Source of the DNA: Azolla caroliniana
Lineage: Eukaryota > Plantae > Polypodiophyta
Length of the DNA stretch: 64,000 nucleotides
Assembly (NCBI GenBank): GCA_043228905.1
Contig: JBHGNT010000013.1
Location: forward strand, 1,922,001-1,986,000
Direction of reading: 5' to 3'
In this document: positions 11,815-23,694 of the stretch, in pieces
Layout of the letters: each line of letters opens with the position of its first letter
Position numbering within the stretch: the first letter of the stretch is position 1
Notes under the pieces: model-generated
Told to the model about the DNA's origin: nothing
The model's database searches: none
Seen by the model: the letters and a program-made list of their open reading frames with translations, nothing else
Position numbers and translations under genes: made by a program

Positions 11815-13140
11815 GTGAAAGGGGGTGGCAAGGAGATGGAGAATCAACAAGAGGCGATTAGCATAATGATGATGATGATTGAGCGGATGCAACAAGAACA
11901 ACGTGCGATGTCGGAGAGGAAGTCGACAGTAGAGCGGCTTCTGCAACGAAATGGTCAATTCAACAGAAATGATGTGTCACGCTATCTACGTGACCTCAAG
12001 GTGGAGATGATGCGATGTGGGATACCGGAAGGATTGCAAGTGATATCTTTCAGTCGGGTAGCCATGGATGGGTTACAAGAGAGAATCTACAAGATACAGC
12101 AACAAAACCCAACATGGGGGTCCTTTGAAGAAGCTTTACAAGAGGCATATGGCTACGAGAGATCGAAGGGACAACATCGGCGAGAGTTCGATGAATGGGT
12201 GGCATTGGAGAAGACCCACTGAAGTGCAACACAAACATTCCTAGAGTTCGAGCATCATTTTGCTCGACTCTCGGAGCGGGATCAAAGATTGGTGGGGGAG
12301 GATAAAGTCCTAATGTTCATAAGATCGATCAGAAAGAAAGAAAGGATGGACATCGGGATTGAACTCGAAGATGATGACGGTGCAAATGTCCTTACCAAGG
12401 ATTGGGCTGAAGTCGAAAGAGTATGCCGAAGACATGATAAGAGGAAGATGAGAATATCGTCGACAACAACATGGCCTATGAGGGATGATCGATTAAGGAT
12501 AAACGATGTGGCTGATATGAAGGCCGAAATACAATATGATGGTACCACAAGAGAGGGTGTGGAACAAGGCATCCTCTCGTCTTGCGAAAGAACGACGACC
12601 AAGGATAAGGTTGATGACTTGAGAGTGGCGAACACCACTTCAAGAACGGAAGAAGGTTTCGGAATACAAGTATCCGAAACATCGGGTGAAAAAGGGGTAA
12701 GCATAATTGATGCTTGCATGATCGAGGGAGATAAAGAGTGTGAGGCGGACTTGATTGAGGAGGTCGCCATGAAAGATGACATCGAATCGGAGGTGGCTAT
12801 GAACGAATCAATGGCGGATGGCCGTGTGAAGACTTTCCCACCACTAGTTCTAGAGACTTCGGCGGTTGCACTCGAAAGGCAATGTGAGACCGAAGAGACA
12901 GAAGGTGGTGGAGAGAAACCGAAGGAAGAATCTGATGCATACAACGGAGAGATAGCCAAGAAGGTGGATATGTGTGAAACGACGGAGAACGAAAATGCCG
13001 AGGATTCCTGCCCACTAATCCTAGAGACTTCGACGGTTGTGTCCGAGAAGCAACGTGAGACTGGAGAGACGAGAGGTGGAGGCAAGAAAGGTAAAGTCGG
13101 AAGCCGGTTCAGATGGAAAATGATCCGGACGGAATTCTGA
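11815..13140 (+). pseudogene. Gag-like ORF of element A with an acidic tail and one in-frame stop
   Basis: WGSFEEAL...EFDEWV...VGEDKVLMF...DWAEVERVC is homologous to the N-terminus of the 1133-aa ORF of element D. Confidence 0.75.
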
Positions 13141-14898
13141 TCCGAAAGAAAGCTGACCCGAAAGGGGGTCGACTCGATCAAAACCATCGACCGAGTTCGA
13201 TTTGTCCGAACGCGAATACGGATGGAAGCTGAACTAGCCGAAAGCGGATCGGATGAGAGCGATCCGGAAAGAAGCTAATCCGACTTAGTTAGAGGTTGAA
13301 CCGGTCGAGGCCGGTGAAAACGAGGAAAAGAAAGCCAACCGAAACCGAAACCGATAGATCGAAACCGACCTGGAAGGGGGCCGAATCGGTAAAGACCGAT
13401 CAATCGAGTCCGAATCGGCCGAAAATGAATCCGATTGGAAGCCGATACAACCGAACACCGATCAGACAAGACCGATCCAAAAAGAAGCTAATTCGACTCA
13501 ACCGGAGGTCGAAGCAATCGAGGCCAGTGAACACGAGGAAGACGTCGAACAAGCACACTACCACAGACAACAAGGGCCAAGCGGATTTGAAGGGTATTAT
13601 TAACGATGACATCTAAACAAAGACGGTGAGCTCTAACATGAAGATTATCAACTCTAATGCGAGATTATATGACAAAGGTGCACAAAGTGGGAAGCATGGC
13701 ACATGCACGAGACAAGAAGGGTTATGCTCAAGAGGATCACAAGGAGCCATGACAACTGGCCATGGCAATGCAAAGAGAGAACAAAGAATATGGTGGATTG
13801 GATGTCGACAATGGTTCGGGTGGAAAGAATGGATGTGCTCAAAATGGAGAGACAAAGTCGACATAGCAAGAGAAACAGAGGGGATTGCGAGTAAAGGAGA
13901 AATACGAGAGCCGGCAACCGGTAACTGGGTGGAGCAAGCAACTGAAAACCGAAAACCAGGCGGAGCCGGCAACCAAGCACGACCGACGACGAAACGAACC
14001 GGGCGGAGACCGAACGGACGAGACTAACAATCACCCACAACTTCGGCACATACCGGAGGATGTGCGGATTTGGAGGGGGCGAGTGTCGTAGTGTGAATCA
14101 CACACTACATGAAATATGTAAAATACTATATCCGATTTAAAGTACGTATAATAAATAAAATAAAATAATAAAAAAATATTTATTATGTGCATAGGGCAAG
14201 ATTCGAGCCCAATACCTCCACATAGACAAACCCTAACCTTACCATTGCACTACCTTATCCTTAGTGTTTTAAAAATAAAAAGATTTAATACTAATAAGAC
14301 CTTTATTTACGCCTACCTTTATTAAAAAGGTAAGTCATGCATTTTTAGAGTGCTTGAATACTTTATTTATAAGAAAAATGTAAACCAATAAAATTTTACT
14401 CGTGCACATCTAGCGAGCATGAGCACTATATTTAGGAAATAAAAGCATAATCTAAAAAACAACTCATGCACATTTAGTGTGCATGAACACTTTAGAAAAA
14501 AGCATAGAGTCTATCTATAGAAAAAGCATGGATTGTTAAGACTCTCTCATCACTATATAAGGATGAGGAGCACAATGTAATAGGGTGTGATATATTTGGA
14601 AATTGGATATATTTCTAAAAGACACCAATTAATATATGCGTGGGATTCATGAAATAATCTATACTTGTGGGATTCACAAGTTCATTTTAATCTCTTTCTT
14701 TCAATCTAATTACATATTCTTATCTAAATATTGATTAATCGAATACAATACACTTGTGGGATTCACGAGATTTCTATCTCTCTTTCTAATAATCTATCCA
14801 TAACTATAAACTTGTCTCAAATTCTTCCTCTTCCTAGTCCAAAACCCCAGTGGTTCCCACCTGACTCACGCAATGATTTGGCGCTGAAAGGCACGAGA

Positions 14899-15148
14899 CC
14901 ACACATCCTCCGCTACGTGCCAAGGAGAGTGAGTGCAAGATTTCAGCGACGGTGATCAATCAGATTCTTCCACGTCTTCATTCACATCCATCATAGTATC
15001 TTCATTGTCGAGGTGATCGAGGTCAAGATCCTCGTCTTGTCTTTTCTTGAAAACCTTTACTCTTTTTCCCGCAATGCGTATGGCCAACCTTGATCCATCT
15101 AGCTCCGCAAGGTGGTATGTCGCATTATCGTTGGCACCTATCACTATA
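14899..15148 (-). pseudogene. Integrase C-terminus and 3' UTR of the gypsy element at 1-2331 (inverted)
   Basis: IVIGANDNATYHLAELDG continues RWFGPY-IV. It starts with the TATAG TSD copy at 15148-15144. Confidence 0.85.
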
Positions 15149-15798
15149 TGTTGGGAGACAGGTCCCTCCGGATGGGAAGGGAGAAGAACAGTGCTGCCGA
15201 AACGGTATGAGGAGTACCCAGCTACGGAGAGCCGGATGATACAGGCCCCGGTGTGAACCGGATGAGGAGTACCTGGCTACGGAGAATCGGATGATACAGG
15301 CCCGGTGTGAACCGGATGAGGAGTACCCGGCTACGGAGAGCCAGATGGTGCAGGCCCGGTATGAACCGGATGAGGAGTACTCGGCTACGGAGAGCCGGAT
15401 GGTGCAAGCCCGGTATGAACCAGATGAGGAGTACTCGGCTACGGAGAGCCGGATGGTGCAGGCCCGGTATGAACCGGATGAGGAGTACTCGGCTACGGAG
15501 AGCTGGATGGTACAGGCCCGGTATGAACCGGATGAAGAGACATATTCGTAAATATGTTTTTGAGAGCCCATCGAGGCTACTTTTGTAAATAGCCGAAAAG
15601 TCATATTAGTATAAATATGACTTAGGGCAAACCTTTAGTAACTGTTGGTTGTTGTTATTTTTCCTTGTTGGTGCAAGAAGAAGAGTGAGTGCGTAACTGT
15701 ACAAAGAGAGAGAGAGAGACGAGGTCGTTGCCTCTGTTGTAACCGCCGCCTGTGGCGAAGATCGTGAGCACGAGGTCGTTGCCTCTGTGAACTCACTG
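15149..15798 (+). mobile_element. Partial second LTR of copia B, inverted relative to 2332-3221
   Basis: Reverse-complement match to about 2530-3221; begins TGTTGGGAGACA; six 54-bp units. Confidence 0.92.
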
Positions 15799-16097
15799 CA
15801 AAACCCCAACAGTTCCCACCCGACTCACGCAACGATCCGGAGCCGAAAGGCACGACAACGTCTCCCAACTATCCGGGAGGGAACCAAGCAGGAGTAGAGC
15901 AAGTACCTCATCAGCGAGGGGTACTTCCAACGAGGTTGCTTGGTGTATCAACCCCTGGAAGGCATTCATGTGCTCCGCAATACTGGAGCCGTCTTGGTAC
16001 CAAAGCCTCACTAGCTTCCGAAATACCGAAACCCAATTAACGGCATTCTTGTTCTAGAACATGATGTTGATCTTCTCCCAGAGTTCATGAGCCTTGC
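15799..16097. mobile_element. 59-bp 3' tip of an A-family LTR (+) followed by a copia gag fragment (-)
   Basis: CAAAACCCC...GGCACGACA then ACGT; minus-strand EVLALLLLGSLPDSWETL (copia gag). Confidence 0.8.
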
Positions 16098-17057
16098 TCA
16101 TGCTAGTTGTCGAAATTCAAAAGCATAGACCGAAGCTGCACGTGAACCTTGTTCGAGTGCATAAATCTTGTTAAGAGTTGTACGTCGTCGGTCCGTCTCT
16201 CCAAATGTGGCCTCTAACTCGGCGAGGAAGGCGGAAAAGTCCTCCAATAAAGGTGATGAAGTTTCTACCAATGGTGCAAACCAAGCTTGGGCCGGACCGG
16301 AGAGAAGGGTGCCCACAAGGCCGACTTGTCGAAGACCATCTCCATAATGTTGAGGTTGTAGCCGAATTATAAGTCGAACTTGGTTGATGAACCCTCAGAA
16401 ATGCGACCTCGTTCCATCAAATTTTTCTGGGAGGCTAACCTTAGGCTCAAGAAACTGTGACGAAGCTAGGCTAGATGTTGGTAGAAGATCAGGCTCTAGG
16501 CTAGGTTGTTGTGGGAGACTAGGGTTCGGGGGTTGTGAGGATAGGGAGGTACCGACTTGAAGTTCTTGTAAAGAATTTTGAAGAGCTTCATTTTCAAGCT
16601 GCAATTGTCGTAAGGCTACCATTATTTGGCCTAACTCACTAGTTGAGTCGGACATAGCTATGGCTTATGAGAGGGAGAGCTATGAGGATGGAAGGTGAAC
16701 AAACTGTCACGGATCATAAGCTCAAGAGACAAGCAAGAAGATAACCAAATGGACAAGAAAGAAGATAGTATTAAAGGAAAGACTCCATAACTGGTGTTGT
16801 TCACCTTGAATTCCTTCAAGGTGAACTCCTCTATTTATACTACATGGCATGCATACTTGTTGCACGCATGTGAATCTACAATAGAGCATGTAGGTATGCA
16901 TGCATGTGCCAAGTGTAAATACTACAAGGGAGCAACTATGCACATGATGCTAGCAAAATAATAAGGACCAATTACATACATAACTATGACTAGATATCTT
17001 GGTTAACTCATAATACTAGATTATAACATGGTCGTGTCAAGTGTTCGAATCTTGACA
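16098..17057 (-). mobile_element. 5' LTR (16705-17057) and gag of a Tcn1/Tf1-like gypsy element, truncated
   Basis: TG...CA termini; TATA box; gag PKVSLPEKFDG and LLSGPAQAWF; self-complementary primer site. Confidence 0.85.
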
Positions 17058-20000
17058 GTTTGCACGCGACGTACCTCAAGCCAATATTCCGACACCAATG
17101 GAGATCGACACCATGTGTCCACACGGCCCGTTATCGGAATAAGAAAAGCAACGACGACGTGCCAATTGATTATGTCTTTATTATGGTGGACCAGGGCATA
17201 TCACCATCAATTGTCCCCATAGGCCAAGAAGACAGGTAAATCAAATCGTCGCATGTACTAAACCCGAGTCAATTCTTCCCTTCGGAGTGTCTTATAGTAT
17301 TAATAATACTAATAGAGTGTCAGATAGTATTTATTGTACTAATAGCCCTAGTATCTCAAACAAATTTGAAATCCTTAGTCAATTATATGAAGAGTTAAAT
17401 GATTGAGTCTAGCCAAAATAGGAGCCGTTTGGTTGGACAACATCCCTAGATCTGTACAGCCCATTAGTGGTTCCATTCCTTCCAAGCAAGTTAGCAATGT
17501 GTTCCTAGCCCAAGTCATTGTTAGTACTAAAAGTACTCCCCCACTACCCGTCCTAGCACTTTTAGATTCCGGAGCTAATTCCTGTTTCATGGATCAAAAT
17601 TTTGCCCAGGCTTCTCAAATATCCTTAAGAAAATTTCCTTGTTCTGCATTTGTAGTAGTCATTGATGGTCGTCCCATTGCTTCCGGGAATATTGTAGAAG
17701 AATCAGAACCCATTCAAGTTGTCCTAAGTAGTTTTGTGTGTGTAGTATCATTTAATATAATTAGTAGTCTAGAGCATCCCATTGTCCTAGGATTACCTTG
17801 GTTTGAATTACATAATCCAGCCATAGATTGGAGAACAAGAGAAGTTCAATATCGACAACCCCAAGAATCTACTCACTGAGTTTCGACCATTTCACTCCAT
17901 CAATTACACGAAGAAGGACACAAGGAGGCAATGTTCCTATTTGCAATATCAGTACATCCTTCCAGCACTATTAAGAAGGAATCCTCAGTACAACTTTTGG
18001 CAAAGTATCATCCTTATGCCGATGTATTTGACAAGGTAAAAGCCGGTATCCTTCCTCATCACCGTCCCTATGACTGTCCCATCAATTTACAACCAGGAAC
18101 CGAGCCACCATGGGGACCAATTTACAACTTGTCACCCACCGAGTTAGAAGTCCTTCGAGCCTACATAGAGGAGAACTTGGCAAGCGGGTTCATCTGTCAT
18201 TCGAAATCTCCGGCCGGTGCACCCATCTTCTTTGTCAAGAAGAAAGATGGCTCACTTCGTCTCGTTGTTGATTACCGTGGATTGAATAAGGTCACCATCT
18301 AGAATAGGTATGCACTTCCTCTTATATCAAGTCTTTTAGAGCAAGTTAATGGTGCCAAGTTTTTTACCAAAATCGATCTACGAGGAGCGTATAACCTCGT
18401 GCGGATCCAACCGGGAGATGAATGGAAGACCGCCTTTCGCATGTGGTATGGGCATTTCGAGTATACTGTTATGCCGTTCGGCCTAACCAATGCACCCGCA
18501 GTCTTCCAACACATGGCAAATGATATATTCAGAGACCTCTTGGATATCTGTTTGATCATCTATCTGGATGATCTATTGATTTATTCGAAGACCCAGGAAG
18601 AGCACGATTCTCATGTACTATTAGTACTAAAGAGACTCTGCGAGAATGGTCTTTATGCCAAGCTAGAAAAATGTAGCTTTGACTGCAAGCAAGTGGAATT
18701 TCTAGGCTACGTCATTTCCTCAAAGGGCATCGCCATGGATTCAGCTAAAGTCCAAACTGTACTAGAGTGGCAAATTCCACGGTCAGTACGAGATGTACAA
18801 TATTTTCTAGGTTTTTCTAACTTCTACCGTAAGTTTATACAAGATTACTCGAAGATTATTTTACCTCTCACACAACTTACGAAGAAGGGACAAGCATGTC
18901 TTTGGTCCAATGAAGCAGATATGGCTTTTCGGCATCTTAAGAAAGCCTTTACATCAACACCGATTCTAGCTCATGTGGATACAAGAAAACCATTCATCAT
19001 GGAGGCCGACGCATCAGATTTCTCCCTCGGTAGCATCCTTTCTCAACAAGGAGATAAAGAAGAGTTACATCCTATGGCTTTCCATTCGCGCAAAATCAAT
19101 GTCACGGAAATCAACTACGAAATACATGACAAGGAGTTATTAGCCATCGTGGATTCATTTGTGCAATGGTGGCATTTCTTAGAGGGCTCTCCACATCAGG
19201 TCATTGTCTTTAGTGATCATAAAAATCTTGCTTATTTCCAGAACGCTCGTGTACTGAATTGACGGCAAGCTCGGTGGGCTCAATTCCTCACGCGTTTCGA
19301 CTTCAAAATCACATATCAACCGGGGAAGCAGCAAGGAAAAGCAGATGCACTTTCAGGGTGTTCATATCTTGTACCTCGTCCTGGTGATCCAACATTTGAT
19401 AATCAAAAGAAAGTAATCTTGGGACCAACACGATTGCACACAACGCGGATTTTTCACACCCCGATGGATTCACGGATTACCGATGACATACGTGCAAACT
19501 TGAAGACGGATAGTTTTGCTCAAGAAATCCTGGTGCACATTGATACTTCTCGGGCATCGTGTTCTTAGTCTCAACAACCAAGTATTGACTACCGACAATT
19601 CGAATATCGTGATGGTTTGTTATTCTTTAAAAAGCGCGTATATTTCCCCGATTGCTCCTGTCGCCTTCAAATCGTCCAGAATTGTCACGACACCCATACG
19701 GCGGGAGATTTCGGTAGTACTAAGACGTTGGATCTAGTGCAATGATCTTTTTGGTGGCCCCACATGCGCCGTTTTGTTGACGACTACGTTCGGACCTATG
19801 ATGCTTGTTGTCGAGCAAAGATGCCACAGCACCATCCATATGGCTTGTTGGAACCCTTACCGATTCCAAGTAAGCCATGGCAATCTATTTGTCTTGATTT
19901 TATCACTGATCTGCCGGTCTCGAAAGGGTTCGATACTATCTTAACCGTCGTCGATCGATATACGAAGATGGCACATTTTGTGTCGTGTACTAAGGCCATC

Positions 20001-21418
20001 ACTAGTGAGGAAACCGCCGCCCTCGTCATGCGTGAGGTATTTCAGCATCACGGCCTCCCAGACAGTATCATCAGTGACTGAGGACCTCAATTTGTCTCCA
20101 AATTTTGGCAATATCTCTTCAAGATGCTCAAGGTCTCTTGCAACCTCTCCTCCGGCTACCATCCCCAGACAGATGGGCAGGCGGAATGAACAAACCAAAC
20201 ACTAGAACAATATCTCTGGTGTTTCCTGAGTTATCAAAAGGACGATTGGGCTGACATTCTCCACTTTGCGGAGTTTGCGTATAATAATGCTATTCACTCC
20301 TCGACTCGGGTCTCCCCATTTTTCTCTTATACCGGTTTCCATCCTCGTTGGTCGGTGATCGACACCTCAGAGCTACCTACCAACCCTCGTGCCAAGGATC
20401 ATTTGGAGAGGCTACACAAGATCTAGATGGATCTCTCTACTCACCTTTGTCATGCTCAACACACACAGAAGACTTATGCGGATCGTCATCGGATTCCCTC
20501 CTCTTTTGCCATCGGAGATCGAGTATGGCTCTTACGTCGTCACATCAAGACTACTCGACCGTGCACCAAGTTGGATTATCGACAACTCGGTCCTTTCCGT
20601 ATTACGGGTAAGGTTAATGATGTCACATTCTGCCTTGATCTCCCTTCACAGCTTCAGATACATCCGGTTTTCCATTGTTCTCTTCTTGAACCTTATAAAG
20701 CAAACACCATTCCGATCGTGTTACACCACCGCCGCCCCCACTGGAGTTGGACGCTAGCCTGGAGTATGAAGTTGCTGCCATCCTCGATTTCAAACTTGTT
20801 CGCAACAAACTTTATTATTTGGTCGATTGGCTCGGTTATAGTCCGAGCGAACGTACTTGGGAACCCATCGAGCATGTTGCCAATGCTCAGGATCTTCTTG
20901 CTGATTTCCACCGAAAGTATCCGGACAAACCCGGTCCGCAATCAGTGCCGACTCATTCCACTCGTCGTCTTTAAGGGGGAGATAGTGTAATGATATGGCA
21001 AGACTCGAACCCATGACCTTATGCTACATGGGTCGAGCTCTTACCATTAGACTATGAATTGTAATTTGTAAGCTATTATTTTCATTTATGTTTTATCATA
21101 GAAAATTGATGTATATTCCAGATCTCTCTGGAACATTCTAGAAGCTTCAGGATTATTCCTAAAAACACTATAAAAGGAGGCACAAGGCATTGTTTTGAAC
21201 CAAATTGGTTCAACGCCAATCTTAAGCCTCTTAGCCACTTTGTACTTATCTTTCACATAATATATTAGCTGCTGTCATCATCTTTCTCTCTCTCTCTCTC
21301 TCTCTCTCGTCTTCTCTCTTCCTCTCTCGGGAATCTTACACAGTCCCGTCCTCTTAGTACTAATAGTACTTCTCTTCTCTAGTACTAATTCTCTCTCTAT
21401 TTAGTACTATTCCTGACA
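17058..21418 (+). mobile_element. Degraded chromovirus: gag end, protease, RT, RNase H, integrase, chromodomain, PPT and 3' LTR (20986-21418)
   Basis: PMEID, ALLDSGA, YLDD, ADASD, DFITDLP and YLVDWLGY...TWEP motifs; PPT AAGGGGGAGATAG. Confidence 0.95.
20995..21061 (-). promoter_or_regulatory. tRNA-like A/B-box cassette at the start of the LTR
   Basis: A box TAGTCTAATGG at 21054-21044; B box GGTTCGAGTCT at 21011-21001. Confidence 0.72.
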
Positions 21419-22083
21419 GGAAGAATGTGTTAGAATTTGTCAAGTGAGATCCTCCATCACATAGAGAGCATGCAAATTCTCTACAACTAGAGATTTTGGC
21501 AACATCAAGGGTGTTGGATTGGGAAAGTAAACAATCTTTGCAACATCAATTTAATCGAATTGCTCGATTAGGATTGGTATCACTAAAATATGCAATTTTG
21601 ACTTCTCAAAGAAGGTTGATGGCTTTTCATACTGCTAGATGAACATTTGGAATTCCACGCAATTATTGGCACATTTGGGATACATTACAAGGATTATCAA
21701 TGTTGCAAGGGCATGCGCCACATTTGAATGAAGATTCTTTATATCTTGATTGGAAATTTGTGGGGGGGAACAACTTAAGCATGGTTTCAACGAATGAGGT
21801 TTATCATACAATTATTCGGAAACATATTGGACATGGCAATTTTCATTGTTGGAGATGTCAAGCATATTCAATCATGAAGAGAGACAAGTATGTAAGTTAG
21901 TTGGACATCACATTCGTCATTTGGTTTGATAAGAAAGATTAGGGGATGTCGAGAGACATATTCATGGTTTGTAATGATATGAATATGTATCTATCTATGT
22001 AGATATGTAAAGTTGACTTACAAGTTGTAATAGGGGTTTTTTTACCTGCAATTAATATAATTGTGTGATTTTACCAAAAAAAA
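21419..22083 (+). mobile_element. 3' fragment of an L1-type LINE with an internal deletion; paralogue of about 55895-57040
   Basis: Direct similarity, including the A tail and the following GAGAGAGC..AACAT junction. Confidence 0.88.
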
Positions 22084-22418
22084 GAGAGAGCAAAACATAA
22101 AACTCTATTAAAAAATAACACTCTGTAACTCTATACATAGAATGTCCTTAGAGAGTACTTTTATACAAGTTCATAAAGGACTAACAGAAGTACTGACGAG
22201 TACTTCAATGCTCATACGAGCGACTGTCACTGACTCCCAAAAATATGCCTACGTACTAGGCTGGATCTGTAGGCCTCTAATGGCCTACCGGTTTCAATCT
22301 GATCTGGCTCCTAGTTTCAGATATCATCTGGACACCGATCCGGTTCTCTGTTTTGGATACGGATCCGGCTCTGGTTTATTCAGCCGAACCGGATCCGGTG
22401 GAACTTGGTCGCCCAACA
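22084..22418 (-). mobile_element. Outer part of the copia F 5' LTR
   Basis: Similar to 42860-43204 and 57041-57160; ends CAACA followed by TSD CTCCT. Confidence 0.85.
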
Positions 22419-23694
22419 CTCCTTTACGTCCTTGATGGATCACCCCGCCTTCAAGTATTGGAGCATTATCATGATGCCCCTATGGCTAGACATTTTGGTA
22501 TTGCCAAGACAATGGAGTTGGTAGAGCGCTCATTTTAGTGGCCTCATTTGTAAAACTTTGTCGAAAATTATGTTCGTACATGTGACACCTGTTGTTGAGC
22601 CAAAATACCCAATCATCATGCTTATGTCTTGTTACAATCATTACCGCCTCCAACTAAGCCGTGATAGTCTATTTCTATGGATTTCATTACAAATCTGCCA
22701 CCTTCAAAAGGATTTAATACTATTTTAACAGTAGTTGATCGATTTACCAAGATGACGCATTTTTTACCATGTGTAAAGAGCATCAGTAGTCAGGAAACCG
22801 CAGATCTCATTATGCGTGAAGTGTTTCGACATCATGGTCTTCCAGACAATATAATTAGCGATGGTGGTCCTGAATTTATCTCCCACTTTTGGAAGCACCT
22901 ATGGACAAGCCTCAAAATTTCCTTCAAACTCTCTTTGACTTAACATCCACAAACTGACGGACAAACAGAGCGCACAAATCAAACGCTCGAGCAATATCTT
23001 CATTGCTTCATCATTTATCAACAACATGATTGTAGTAATATTTTACATCTTGCTTAGTTTGCATATAATAACACGGTACACTCTTCTACCAAGGTTACAC
23101 CTTTCTTTGCCTATAGTGGCAACCATCCTTGATGGTGTATCCTAGATCTTCTTGAGGTTGCACGAAACCGTAGTGCGGAGCATCAGCTTCATCGACTACA
23201 CCAGATCCAGTTAGTGTTATCTTCACATCTTCAAACAACTCAAGCACAACATAAGACTAATGCAAATCGCCATCATGCAACCTTTCGTCTTAACCTTCCA
23301 GCACACATGCGGCTTCACCCAATCTTTCATACCTCTCTTTTGGAACCTTGTCACACCTCTTCCATTCTGAATTGAGTGGTGCCACCTCCGTCCCCTATCC
23401 AACTTGCTGAGGGCCCCGAATATGAGGTAGCAGCTATTCTTGATTCTAAGATTGTGTGTAATAAGCTCTATTATTTGGTTGATTGGGTAGGCTATCCTCC
23501 GAGTGATCGCACTTGGGAACCCGTCAATAATGTTTCTAATGCTCAAGCTCTTGTCGACGACTTCATGGACATAAACATCATGGCTTCACCTAGGCTTGAA
23601 CCCAAGACCTTGTAATACATAATCAAGAACCCAACCATTAAGATAGTCTATAATAATATGAGATGATAAAGGCTACTTCTTGTAATACACTGAT
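22419..23694 (+). mobile_element. Chromovirus G integrase and chromodomain, then the start of its 3' LTR (PPT deleted); the LTR continues at 29269-29450 and 36822-36939
   Basis: HYHDAPMARHFG, MDFITNLP and YLVDWVGYPPSDRTWEP motifs. The LTR matches 41162-41602. Confidence 0.88.

Larger units (their letters stand above)
10983..14898 (+). mobile_element. Element A: non-autonomous Gag-only LTR retrotransposon
   Basis: 815-bp LTRs at 10983-11797 and 14084-14898; PBS TGGTGAACCCGA (tRNA-Trp); PPT GGAGGGGGCGAG; decayed 4-bp TSD CCGT/CCAC; no pol motifs. Confidence 0.92.

Noticed and set aside
16098-21418. One inverted chromovirus made of the minus-strand gag and the plus-strand pol
   Set aside because: The LTRs at 16705-17057 and 20986-21418 are different sequences, so these are two elements.
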